From a virus (Duplodnaviria > Caudoviricetes), in the IMG/VR virus record IMGVR_UViG_3300027740_000003, positions 160,001 to 224,000 of that record: 64,000 nucleotides of DNA; one strand, written 5' to 3'. Position numbers and translations under genes: made by a program. The stretch's first letter is position 1. Each line of letters opens with the position of its first letter. Of the stretch, positions 56,234 through 64,000 are shown piece after piece. The notes below the pieces were generated by a model, which saw only the letters and a program-made list of their open reading frames with translations, was not told the origin of the DNA and did no database searches.

Positions 56234-56823
56234 TGCATTTCCTTTATTGCTTTTAAATCTAATCCTAGCAATTCTAAATTACCTAATAATATATATCTTG
56301 GATTTTGAGTGTCTTCAGGTTTTCTTTCTACATCTAATTGAATAAATGCCAAATCACCATATGTATTTACTTCTATTCCAAGATCTTTTGCTATATCTTT
56401 ATAAGATTCTGGCAACGGAGTAGATCTTGTTATTGTTTTTTTCTTCATTCTATTATGCAGGAACTCATTAGCAAATCCCTCAGTTAGAAAGAACCCCACT
56501 TTCCTAAAATGAACTCTTTTAGGTATGATTTTGTTGTCATATACCCAATCAATATATTCCTTAATAGTCCTAGTGTTGGTTGTATTCAACGATGCTATTA
56601 TTCGTTTTACTATATAAATATCAGGAGACTTCCCCGGAGCCCCTTTAATAGCAACCGAAAACTTGTTTTTAAATAACGCTTCATATCTTTTACAAATATA
56701 AGCTAGAAGATGAACCTCTTTCCACTCCAAAGGTTTTAAAGTTTCTATCTCGTTGAATTTATTAAAGAATTTTCTCCAGGCGGCATTTAGTCCAGCATAT
56801 GGATCATTATCTAGGTCGGCCAT
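56230..56823 (-). CDS. Hypothetical protein
   Basis: 197-aa ORF in the replication operon. Confidence 0.7.
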   Translation of the reverse strand: MADLDNDPYAGLNAAWRKFFNKFNEIETLKPLEWKEVHLLAYICKRYEALFKNKFSVAIKGAPGKSPDIYIVKRIIASLNTTNTRTIKEYIDWVYDNKIIPKRVHFRKVGFFLTEGFANEFLHNRMKKKTITRSTPLPESYKDIAKDLGIEVNTYGDLAFIQLDVERKPEDTQNPRYILLGNLELLGLDLKAIKEMQ

Positions 56824-58295
56824 TTGACTATGAATCCTTCTTCGGTTTCGTATATCTTTTTTCTTGCCTGTGAGTGGCTCTTAAGATATGGAGCATTGTC
56901 CACAAAATCAGCTACTGCGGCAAACTTCTTGGAGCCCCAAGGCCGCAGCACTCGGCCGATTCGTTGCAATGCTCTAACACTGCTCTTGCCAGATGAAGCA
57001 ATAACTAGACCAGATAAACAAGGAATATCAACGCCTAAATCCATAATCTTACTAGCTATTATTGCTTTTATTTTTCCCGTTTCAATATCTTCTTTGGCTT
57101 GATTTCTAATTTTCATTTTATCTTTTCCACTTAATAATGTGCATGGAAAAGATTTGGATAATTTTTCATAAAGAATATCTCCGTGTTTTATTGAATTAAA
57201 TAAAACTAATGGTTTATATCCTTTCTCCAATATCTTATTGACTTCTTCTAATATGAGATTATTTCTAACATCATTTTCTACGATATAGTTTTTATAAATT
57301 GTTTGATATTGTTTATTTAGTTTAGTAGGATATTTGGGAACTTTAATAAATTTTATAATTGGTTTAACCAGATAACCTTGTTCAATAAGAATAGAAGCAG
57401 AAACATCTATAATTTTACGCCCTAGGAAAGCTTCGATAAGCAGATCTTTTCCATCATCTCTCCAAGGAGAAGCAGACATTCCATAAAGATGTTCCGGATT
57501 TATGTTTTTGGATATTTCTACCAGAGTATCTGCTGCCGAATAATGGCATTCATCTAAAATCTGTAGCTTTGCCTCTTTCAATAAACTCTTGATATCATTA
57601 TATTTTTCGGGGGGAAGTTTTTGTTCATCTTTGTCATTTTCGATAAGTATTTTAGATTCATCCAAACCGAGAGCCTGTCCAGCGGTCCAAACAGAAACTA
57701 TATTAATATACCCAATATCACATTGGCCATCTCCAACAATTCCTACACTAATATCTTGAAATATAGATTTAAATAAATAATAAAACTGATATAATAAATC
57801 TTTACCAACAACATATATAATTGTTTTCTTTCCTATATCAGCGGTAATTAAAGCTGCTAAAATTGATTTCCCAGCCCCAGTACCAAGTCTAATAATACCT
57901 AAATCATTATCTCTAACTGCTTGCAAAGAATTAATTTGATATGGACGGGGAACTTTTTCTAATTCTCGAAGCCTAGGAAGGATATCTATAGCCGTTCCTA
58001 GGCTCTTTGGAGGCCTTTGGTCAACTACCTCAAGCTCGGCTCCATTGTTGCTGTAGAAGTCAATTACACGCTTTACAAGGCCGTTCTGGAAACTTAGGTC
58101 TTTACATTCTAGAAGCTTCTCTTTCCCATCCCAGGCTACAAACTTTCCTTCAACAGGATCCATGTAGCCTTTATAGGCCCTAGTAAAATGAGCCCCTTGA
58201 ACATTAAAGGACAAATGTTTATCCAGAGCCCACAATAATCCAACATCACTTTCCTCAATCCTGGATCTTTGAGGTCCAATAATTAATTTAACCAT
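56811..58295 (-). CDS. SF2 DNA helicase (UvsW/Rad25-like)
   Basis: PRPYQ, GTGAGKS, DECH, SASP and QRIGRVLR motifs. Confidence 0.9.
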   Translation of the reverse strand: MVKLIIGPQRSRIEESDVGLLWALDKHLSFNVQGAHFTRAYKGYMDPVEGKFVAWDGKEKLLECKDLSFQNGLVKRVIDFYSNNGAELEVVDQRPPKSLGTAIDILPRLRELEKVPRPYQINSLQAVRDNDLGIIRLGTGAGKSILAALITADIGKKTIIYVVGKDLLYQFYYLFKSIFQDISVGIVGDGQCDIGYINIVSVWTAGQALGLDESKILIENDKDEQKLPPEKYNDIKSLLKEAKLQILDECHYSAADTLVEISKNINPEHLYGMSASPWRDDGKDLLIEAFLGRKIIDVSASILIEQGYLVKPIIKFIKVPKYPTKLNKQYQTIYKNYIVENDVRNNLILEEVNKILEKGYKPLVLFNSIKHGDILYEKLSKSFPCTLLSGKDKMKIRNQAKEDIETGKIKAIIASKIMDLGVDIPCLSGLVIASSGKSSVRALQRIGRVLRPWGSKKFAAVADFVDNAPYLKSHSQARKKIYETEEGFIVKWPT

Positions 58296-58298
58296 AAT

Positions 58299-59666
58299 TT
58301 ACTTGCGGAAGTCTAATTTGCCACCCTGTCCAAAATTCTGAGAAAATTTGCTTTGGTTCTTCTTAATCTTCTCCCTAACTTCATCAGCTTTAGAAACAAC
58401 TTTGTCTTTACCAGTGTCCAGTGTTAGATTCATACTTCTAGCCTGTACTCTTTCTTTGGTCTTTACCTGATCAGATTCTACATCCTTTCTAAGCTGTACC
58501 ACTCGGCCATCGGGAAGACCCAACCCAGAGAACATTGAATAAATCTTAACAATATCCTCATCAATCTCATCATCTACATATGTGCCATAAAAAACAGCCT
58601 CGTGTCCGGGACAATTCTCTTTGATTAATTCTCTAGCATATTCTACAGCGCCTCTTGGAATCTGCTCCCATGCTTTTGAATTAGCAACTATTATTAAACC
58701 AGCGTATTTAGTCTGGGCCAGATTGAAACCAGAAGCTAATAGGCCATTCTCATGGTTCTCAATAACTGCCTGAGCAATTAGAGTATTATCATTTGCATAA
58801 TTGGTAATTGTCATTTCTCCATATACACAAAGCCCTTCCCCATCGGTAAGAATCTTTGCCCACTCCATAGAGTCTAATGGTTTATCTAAAGATGACATTA
58901 CAGAATATGAGTTAAACGCATCAATGGTTTTTACTATAGCTTGGTTGCCTACAGTAAAAAATGACATAACTCCCACATCTGTATAAATCGCCTCTAATTT
59001 CGCATTGTCTACAACAATCAAATTAGAGATAGCTTTGTCTTGCACTAGTTTGGCCAGGCTTGATAATGTCTGCAATGCGTTATTTTTTGTTTTAACATCT
59101 TCCGTGCTCATTGGAAGCACAGACACAACCACAATAGGCTTTCCTGTTGATCCCAAGATATCTATAAAAACATCATGAGAGCCTGCTCCGGAACCACCAC
59201 CAAGAGAGAAACATAATAGGAATACGTCTGTATCAGATAGTTTGTCTGAGATAAGGTTAACAATACCATCCCTATGAGCTTCTGCTGCCTGATGGCCTAT
59301 ATCAAGGTCTTTTGCAGCGCCACCAATTCCGTATTCTAATAGATACTTGTTAGCTTCTGGCAACTGAATTTGTTCTAGGTCTTGTGGGGCGGTATTAAAA
59401 GCAATTGCCGAATATCCTAATTGGGCCCATTGTGAGGCTATTTTTGCTCCGGCATGTCCTGAACCAACTATTCCTAGATTTAAACTTCGCTTTCTTTTTT
59501 CTACAATTCTTGCAGGCATATTATCTTTCTCCTCCTCCTGCTTATTATGCTTAGATAATGCTAGTTTTGCCTTTAATTCTGCCAATTTATTATCAACAAC
59601 TTCTGCTGAAATATCATCTTCTATTTGTTCTTTTTCTGTTTCTACTGTATTGTTTATTACCGACAT
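58299..59666 (-). CDS. Tubulin/FtsZ-family GTPase (PhuZ/TubZ-like)
   Basis: G.G.AG..IA, FNT, GGAAKD, SLGGGSGAGS signature, VVDN and LD..E motifs; SD GGAG. Confidence 0.88.
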   Translation of the reverse strand: MSVINNTVETEKEQIEDDISAEVVDNKLAELKAKLALSKHNKQEEEKDNMPARIVEKRKRSLNLGIVGSGHAGAKIASQWAQLGYSAIAFNTAPQDLEQIQLPEANKYLLEYGIGGAAKDLDIGHQAAEAHRDGIVNLISDKLSDTDVFLLCFSLGGGSGAGSHDVFIDILGSTGKPIVVVSVLPMSTEDVKTKNNALQTLSSLAKLVQDKAISNLIVVDNAKLEAIYTDVGVMSFFTVGNQAIVKTIDAFNSYSVMSSLDKPLDSMEWAKILTDGEGLCVYGEMTITNYANDNTLIAQAVIENHENGLLASGFNLAQTKYAGLIIVANSKAWEQIPRGAVEYARELIKENCPGHEAVFYGTYVDDEIDEDIVKIYSMFSGLGLPDGRVVQLRKDVESDQVKTKERVQARSMNLTLDTGKDKVVSKADEVREKIKKNQSKFSQNFGQGGKLDFRK

Positions 59667-59684
59667 AGTTCTCCAAAAATAGTT

Positions 59685-59945
59685 CTATTTTATTGCATCA
59701 ATTATTACATCCAGAGCTTTAAAAAACCTTTCATCTTCTTCATATATAATATCTTTCTGCATAATTTCGTTAAGAGAATAAGGGCTTTCTAGTCCTTTAG
59801 CGTATCCGCCTAAAACTTCAATAATTTCACCATCTTCCATTTCTAATACTAGAATATTATAATTTTGTCTATAAGCTTTACATTTGCTTCCGGCAGGATA
59901 ATTATAATGTTTCTTTTTTGTTATGTATTCTCCAAGAAATATCAT
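59685..59945 (-). CDS. Hypothetical protein
   Basis: 86-aa ORF, ATGA-coupled. Confidence 0.6.
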   Translation of the reverse strand: MIFLGEYITKKKHYNYPAGSKCKAYRQNYNILVLEMEDGEIIEVLGGYAKGLESPYSLNEIMQKDIIYEEDERFFKALDVIIDAIK

Positions 59946-60352
59946 TGAATTATATCCTTGATTATTGCTTCGTCTTTGGTTAACAAATTTACTTTTGATA
60001 TTAATTTGCTAGGATCTTTTGGTATCCAGAACTGGTTTTCTAAAACACACAGGCCATAAATAACATTCTCAGGAACTAGTTCAGAAAAAACTAATTCTGA
60101 ACCAAAAACATACCAATTTGTAGAGCCTAAATTATTTCTTATCTTTTCCAAGTGTTTGAGATTTTTTCCTACAAACATCCTCCACCTACTATTAAATAAT
60201 ATTACTTTCATTATAATATTCCATTGCTCAATTGCAAATTTTAAATCGATTATAGTTTTAAACAAAGAATCTTCCGAATTAATATAACGATCTTCTATAA
60301 TGTTATCTATATGTGGTTTCAAACTATCAACAAATTCTTTTGTTATTTTCAT
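59942..60352 (-). CDS. IKDIIE-tail family, Cys-less member
   Basis: Ends NLLTKDEAIIKDIIQ-stop. Confidence 0.75.
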   Translation of the reverse strand: MKITKEFVDSLKPHIDNIIEDRYINSEDSLFKTIIDLKFAIEQWNIIMKVILFNSRWRMFVGKNLKHLEKIRNNLGSTNWYVFGSELVFSELVPENVIYGLCVLENQFWIPKDPSKLISKVNLLTKDEAIIKDIIQ

Positions 60353-60942
60353 TTTCCAAGATTTCCGCCATGTTCTTCTAAATGATCTAGAATAACTTTA
60401 AGCCATAATTCTTTTGGACCAACTCCATTTAATACATCTATTAACAATATACTATATGCATTTCTCCTTTTCCATTCTTTCAATAACTCATCTGATATTG
60501 TTGATACCGTAGATAATAAATCTTTTGCACAATCATCCAATAATACAAATATCTTTTCTTTAGGAAAGTCATCGTCAATAATATTCCCATCTGGTTTAGA
60601 AACATCTTTGACAACCTCTTCATATTTATCTTCTTTGCCTTCATTAACAAATTTACAAAAATTCTTTTTACCCTCTTCTGATTTTAATGCAGTAGTAAAT
60701 AAAGCAATTTTACGATTGTTTGGGGCATAGTCTTTAACTGACTTTTGAAAATCTTGCAAAGTAATAGCTAGTCTAACCCCATCAGAAGCAAGAAACCCTA
60801 ATGTTGGAGGGTCTTCTTCTATATCATCTTTATAGATAACCGTACAAGGATACGCTTTAACGGCATCCACAAACTCTAACACATCAGAATATAGTTTGTC
60901 TTTCATTTGTCCTTTAAAAACCATTGGTTGTTTTGGTACCAA
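60349..60942 (-). CDS. Hypothetical protein
   Basis: 197-aa ORF. Confidence 0.65.
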   Translation of the reverse strand: MVPKQPMVFKGQMKDKLYSDVLEFVDAVKAYPCTVIYKDDIEEDPPTLGFLASDGVRLAITLQDFQKSVKDYAPNNRKIALFTTALKSEEGKKNFCKFVNEGKEDKYEEVVKDVSKPDGNIIDDDFPKEKIFVLLDDCAKDLLSTVSTISDELLKEWKRRNAYSILLIDVLNGVGPKELWLKVILDHLEEHGGNLGK

Positions 60943-61682
60943 TTGATTGTATGAATCAAACCCGATTTGAATTTAAATAGTGGGTCCCAGCCAAGTTCTT
61001 TTATATTCTTGTCGTTCAGATTCAGTTTTGGCCACCTATATACTGGTTCTTTGCTCTGTATAAGTTCATGTCCTCGACCAAAGACATTGCATATTTCTTG
61101 AAACATCTCCAGGTCTGTAATTTCATTATTCGTCGTTATGTCATAAACATCATTATCTTTTCCAGCCTTGAGAATTTTTATAAATGCCGCACACACATCC
61201 TGAACATGCAACCAGTCTCTAATTCGCATTCCTTCAATTGGGATTGGTTTATTATTTAACACACCATCTATGATTTGAGGAACAAGATTATGCTTCTGTT
61301 GTTTTGGTCCAAAATATTCTGGAACACGGATTAGCACAGAGTTTTCTGGAACAAACAATCCTTCATATTGTTGAACAATTAACAGTCGTGTCTTATGTTT
61401 TAAAGACACTTTGTGTATTTCTGGCAGGCCCGTTTTCAACAGATGAATAACAACATCTGGTTTTTCAATTTGGAAAACAACATCTAACAGATGTTCATCG
61501 GACACATTGCCAACATGGAAACTGTGTCCTTTGTTGGAATAAATGGTATTGGCAACATTCGGGTAGGTACAATAGTCTATGCTAGCAACCTTATAATCAG
61601 AATAATTTTTAAGAATATATCTGATTAAGTTGGATCCAAAGCACCCACCTGAACCGGTTATTAATAATTTAGTCTGTGCCAT
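60903..61682 (-). CDS. Degenerate dTDP-glucose 4,6-dehydratase (RmlB-like)
   Basis: LITGSGGCFGSN, RDWLHVQDVC and LGW.P..F..GL..TI.WY motifs; catalytic segment missing. Confidence 0.75.
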   Translation of the reverse strand: MAQTKLLITGSGGCFGSNLIRYILKNYSDYKVASIDYCTYPNVANTIYSNKGHSFHVGNVSDEHLLDVVFQIEKPDVVIHLLKTGLPEIHKVSLKHKTRLLIVQQYEGLFVPENSVLIRVPEYFGPKQQKHNLVPQIIDGVLNNKPIPIEGMRIRDWLHVQDVCAAFIKILKAGKDNDVYDITTNNEITDLEMFQEICNVFGRGHELIQSKEPVYRWPKLNLNDKNIKELGWDPLFKFKSGLIHTINWYQNNQWFLKDK

Positions 61683-63537
61683 ATGTTATATTGTCTTCTT
61701 CTGTCTTTGAAGGCTCGACAGAAGATGTTTTTTCATTTAAATGATCTTCCAAAGCTTTCAACATTACATTCCCGAGGTCTGTCTCTTGAAGATTTGACAA
61801 TGCGTTTTTTAACCGATCAATATTGTCAATATCTCTAATCTTTGCTTGATCTAGAGACGGAATAGGCACAAGTCTATTCATTTCTTTATTTGCTATAATT
61901 GCTTTTCCAATATATTTTTCTGGACAGACTTGCCAATTATCAGAGGCTGCATATATTTCATTTTCTGGAACCCTAGAATCAAAAATTAAATTGGCTCCCC
62001 AAATCGTCAAACGACCAGTATCTTGACATTTACTTATCTGAAATGGGCCTTTGATATTTGTGCTATCTTCTAATAATAATTTTTGTTTATTGTTTGGGTT
62101 CAATAAAAACCAAATAGAAACAGAATCATTACGGTCAACAAGCATTTTAGCTTCAACCATAGTTCTTAATAAACTTTCTTTATTACTGACTTCTACAATT
62201 TGTGTTATTTTTTCATTAAGAATTTGTGTTGCCACATCTTTTGTAGAATCAACATCAGAACATAATGTATTATTTAGTTTGTTTTCTAATTCTGTTGAAG
62301 ATTCATTTGTTAAATTTAAAACATTAATAGACTTTAATATATTAAATATTTTAACCAAATCATTATTGTCTAATTTGATTTCATATTTTTCTAAACCTTT
62401 TTTAAACAGCCTTTTAATTTCATCTTCTTGACAATATTTATGGAACCTGTCTCGTTTTTCTTCTTCGCTGAATATATTAGATTTTTTTACTACCACGACA
62501 TTACTAAGTTTGGACAAATTATCTTTATGTTCTTCTAAATCACAAAGCTCAGGTTTTGATTTTTTTGAAGAAGATAAGGGTTCGTGAAGACCTATGCCGT
62601 CTACAGCTATTCCTAATTCTTTATCTAATTCTTTTTTAAATTGACTATCATATTTTTTAGCTTCTTGACTGACAATTTCTTCAAAAGGTATCTGGTCAAG
62701 TTTTTCCATTGCAGAAACTAAAGCTTTTCGTGCAAATAAAAGTTTTCTATCTAATACAAATTGCTTAGTTGTAAGATCTCCAATAAGTTTTTCTAAACTC
62801 TCCACTGTAGATAATGGAGAAACGGGAGCTTGTAATTCCCAAAAATCTTTTATAATATTCCTCTTATCATCATCTGACACTCTTTCCTCTGGTCTAGAAT
62901 TCATTTGGTTTAGCTCCATATTTTTATGATAAACTTTAGTATTATTTCCGTCTTTTATTATGCCTCCAATAACCGGCTTATTTCTTTTTACATTAAGAAA
63001 CTGCGCTAGTTTATCTTCACCAATAAGATGAGCAATTTCATCAATGCCCTGTGGAGCTTCTGGAACCCTTTTTACTTTTTGACCTTTGAAGGCTTGTCTC
63101 CAAGCTCTTTCATTTTCAGTCTTATGTCTTGCGTTTAGTACATCTACAATGAGCTGTCTTTGTTTTAGATCGGTAAAACTATTAAAATCCTCAAATTGTT
63201 CTTTTAACCAAGATACAACATCTTCAACTTCATCTATTGGAACATCTTCTAGATTTTTTAACTTTGTTGTGTAATCACTTGATCCTTCAGAAACTTTAAC
63301 ATCTTTGCTGTGCTCCAAATAATATTTTACCAGAAGTTTTCTGGTTTTTTCTGATAAAATATCGTAGTTAGTAAATTGTTTCCTTAATGCACAGATTGCC
63401 TCGTCTATTTCATCTTTATAGGACTCATTTACAAATCTCTCTGGTTCCCTAAACTCATTACCGGCCGGTTGGTCAAAATTAAAAGACAGCTGTTCGTTCA
63501 TATATATTCTCCTCTTTCTTATTGTAATATATCTCAA
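61669..63537 (-). CDS. Hypothetical protein
   Basis: 622-aa charged ORF; no recognised motif. Confidence 0.75.
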   Translation of the reverse strand: MRYITIRKRRIYMNEQLSFNFDQPAGNEFREPERFVNESYKDEIDEAICALRKQFTNYDILSEKTRKLLVKYYLEHSKDVKVSEGSSDYTTKLKNLEDVPIDEVEDVVSWLKEQFEDFNSFTDLKQRQLIVDVLNARHKTENERAWRQAFKGQKVKRVPEAPQGIDEIAHLIGEDKLAQFLNVKRNKPVIGGIIKDGNNTKVYHKNMELNQMNSRPEERVSDDDKRNIIKDFWELQAPVSPLSTVESLEKLIGDLTTKQFVLDRKLLFARKALVSAMEKLDQIPFEEIVSQEAKKYDSQFKKELDKELGIAVDGIGLHEPLSSSKKSKPELCDLEEHKDNLSKLSNVVVVKKSNIFSEEEKRDRFHKYCQEDEIKRLFKKGLEKYEIKLDNNDLVKIFNILKSINVLNLTNESSTELENKLNNTLCSDVDSTKDVATQILNEKITQIVEVSNKESLLRTMVEAKMLVDRNDSVSIWFLLNPNNKQKLLLEDSTNIKGPFQISKCQDTGRLTIWGANLIFDSRVPENEIYAASDNWQVCPEKYIGKAIIANKEMNRLVPIPSLDQAKIRDIDNIDRLKNALSNLQETDLGNVMLKALEDHLNEKTSSVEPSKTEEDNITYGTD

Positions 63538-64000
63538 ATGGCCAGAATTTGTTCTTTTATTTCTGGTATGCCTAACTTTTCACACAAATCTTTATTTGTT
63601 TCCAAACTTCTGTCGCATTTAGAAGCCTCATATGCAATTATATTTAAATTAAGATCAAACCTCTCATTAAAATATTGCATCATTTCATACTTATTTACAG
63701 CTGTAGGGGAAAATACATGATATAAACCTTGTTTCCACCAATCATTTTCTATAATCTTTTCGCATACTTTGGCAAACTGTGCAGTGGTTATTCCGTTCCA
63801 CAGATGTGTTGTAAACCCGCGAACCTCTTTTCCTTTTTGGGATTTGGCCCACTCTACCAAGCTGGCGTTTTTATGAATCTCCTCTCCGATAATAGAGGTC
63901 CTAATAACCAAAGCATTTGTTGGTTCTCCTAGGGATTTGCTTTTTCCATAATCATCTAAAGCATCATGAGTATCTGTTTCAATATATTTGCCTTTGTTCC
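63534..64000 (-). CDS. dTDP-4-dehydrorhamnose reductase RmlD-like (partial)
   Basis: Frame open to the window end: ...DYGKSKSLGE..(YxxxK), IRTSIIG, WNGITT and GLYHV motifs. Confidence 0.85.
   Translation of the reverse strand, partial: NKGKYIETDTHDALDDYGKSKSLGEPTNALVIRTSIIGEEIHKNASLVEWAKSQKGKEVRGFTTHLWNGITTAQFAKVCEKIIENDWWKQGLYHVFSPTAVNKYEMMQYFNERFDLNLNIIAYEASKCDRSLETNKDLCEKLGIPEIKEQILAI

Noticed and set aside
1-64000. Stop-codon reassignment
   Set aside because: Conserved enzymes are full length in code 11, and TAA, TAG and TGA all terminate genes.
1-64000. Host assignment (Gly-rich lipoprotein and hydrolase loosely recall Myxococcota proteins)
   Set aside because: An impression only; needs homology searches or CRISPR spacer matches.

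Overview
AT-rich, gene-dense 64-kb segment of a large (jumbo/huge) tailed-phage genome, read in the standard bacterial code with almost all genes on the minus strand. Phage origin is inferred from gene content; the host cannot be identified. Recognisable genes: a tRNA cluster (Glu, Tyr, Phe, His, Asp, Pro, Lys-like); RNA end-healing and repair enzymes (Pnkp-like kinase/phosphatase, a second AAA_33 kinase, Thg1); a LAGLIDADG homing endonuclease; nucleotide metabolism (ThyX, IMPDH/GMP-reductase, class II RNR); replication and expression (DnaB, DnaC-like loader, two SF2 helicases, two DEDDh exonucleases, a sigma factor, Map); a tubulin/FtsZ-family protein; a PARP-like ADP-ribosyltransferase and an ADP-ribosylglycohydrolase; an M23 peptidase; sugar-nucleotide enzymes and glycosyltransferases; and a tail-fibre/LamG lectin block. 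Two things stand out. (1) Seventeen ORFs of at least three unrelated folds end in the same C-terminal tail, ..(E/N)xx-I-K-(D/N)-I-I-E-stop. In 15 of 17 the stop overlaps the next gene's ATG, and an orphan copy of the tail survives in an intergenic region. (2) The tRNA cluster is interleaved with non-canonical tRNA-like RNAs: a circularly permuted tRNA-like gene with a 114-nt structured insert, a tRNA-His with a 50-nt anticodon-loop insertion, an RNA with two T-arms, and an inverted-repeat-bounded 170-nt RNA. All calls come from manual motif reading and base-pair inspection; no database search or folding program was run, so novelty is untested.
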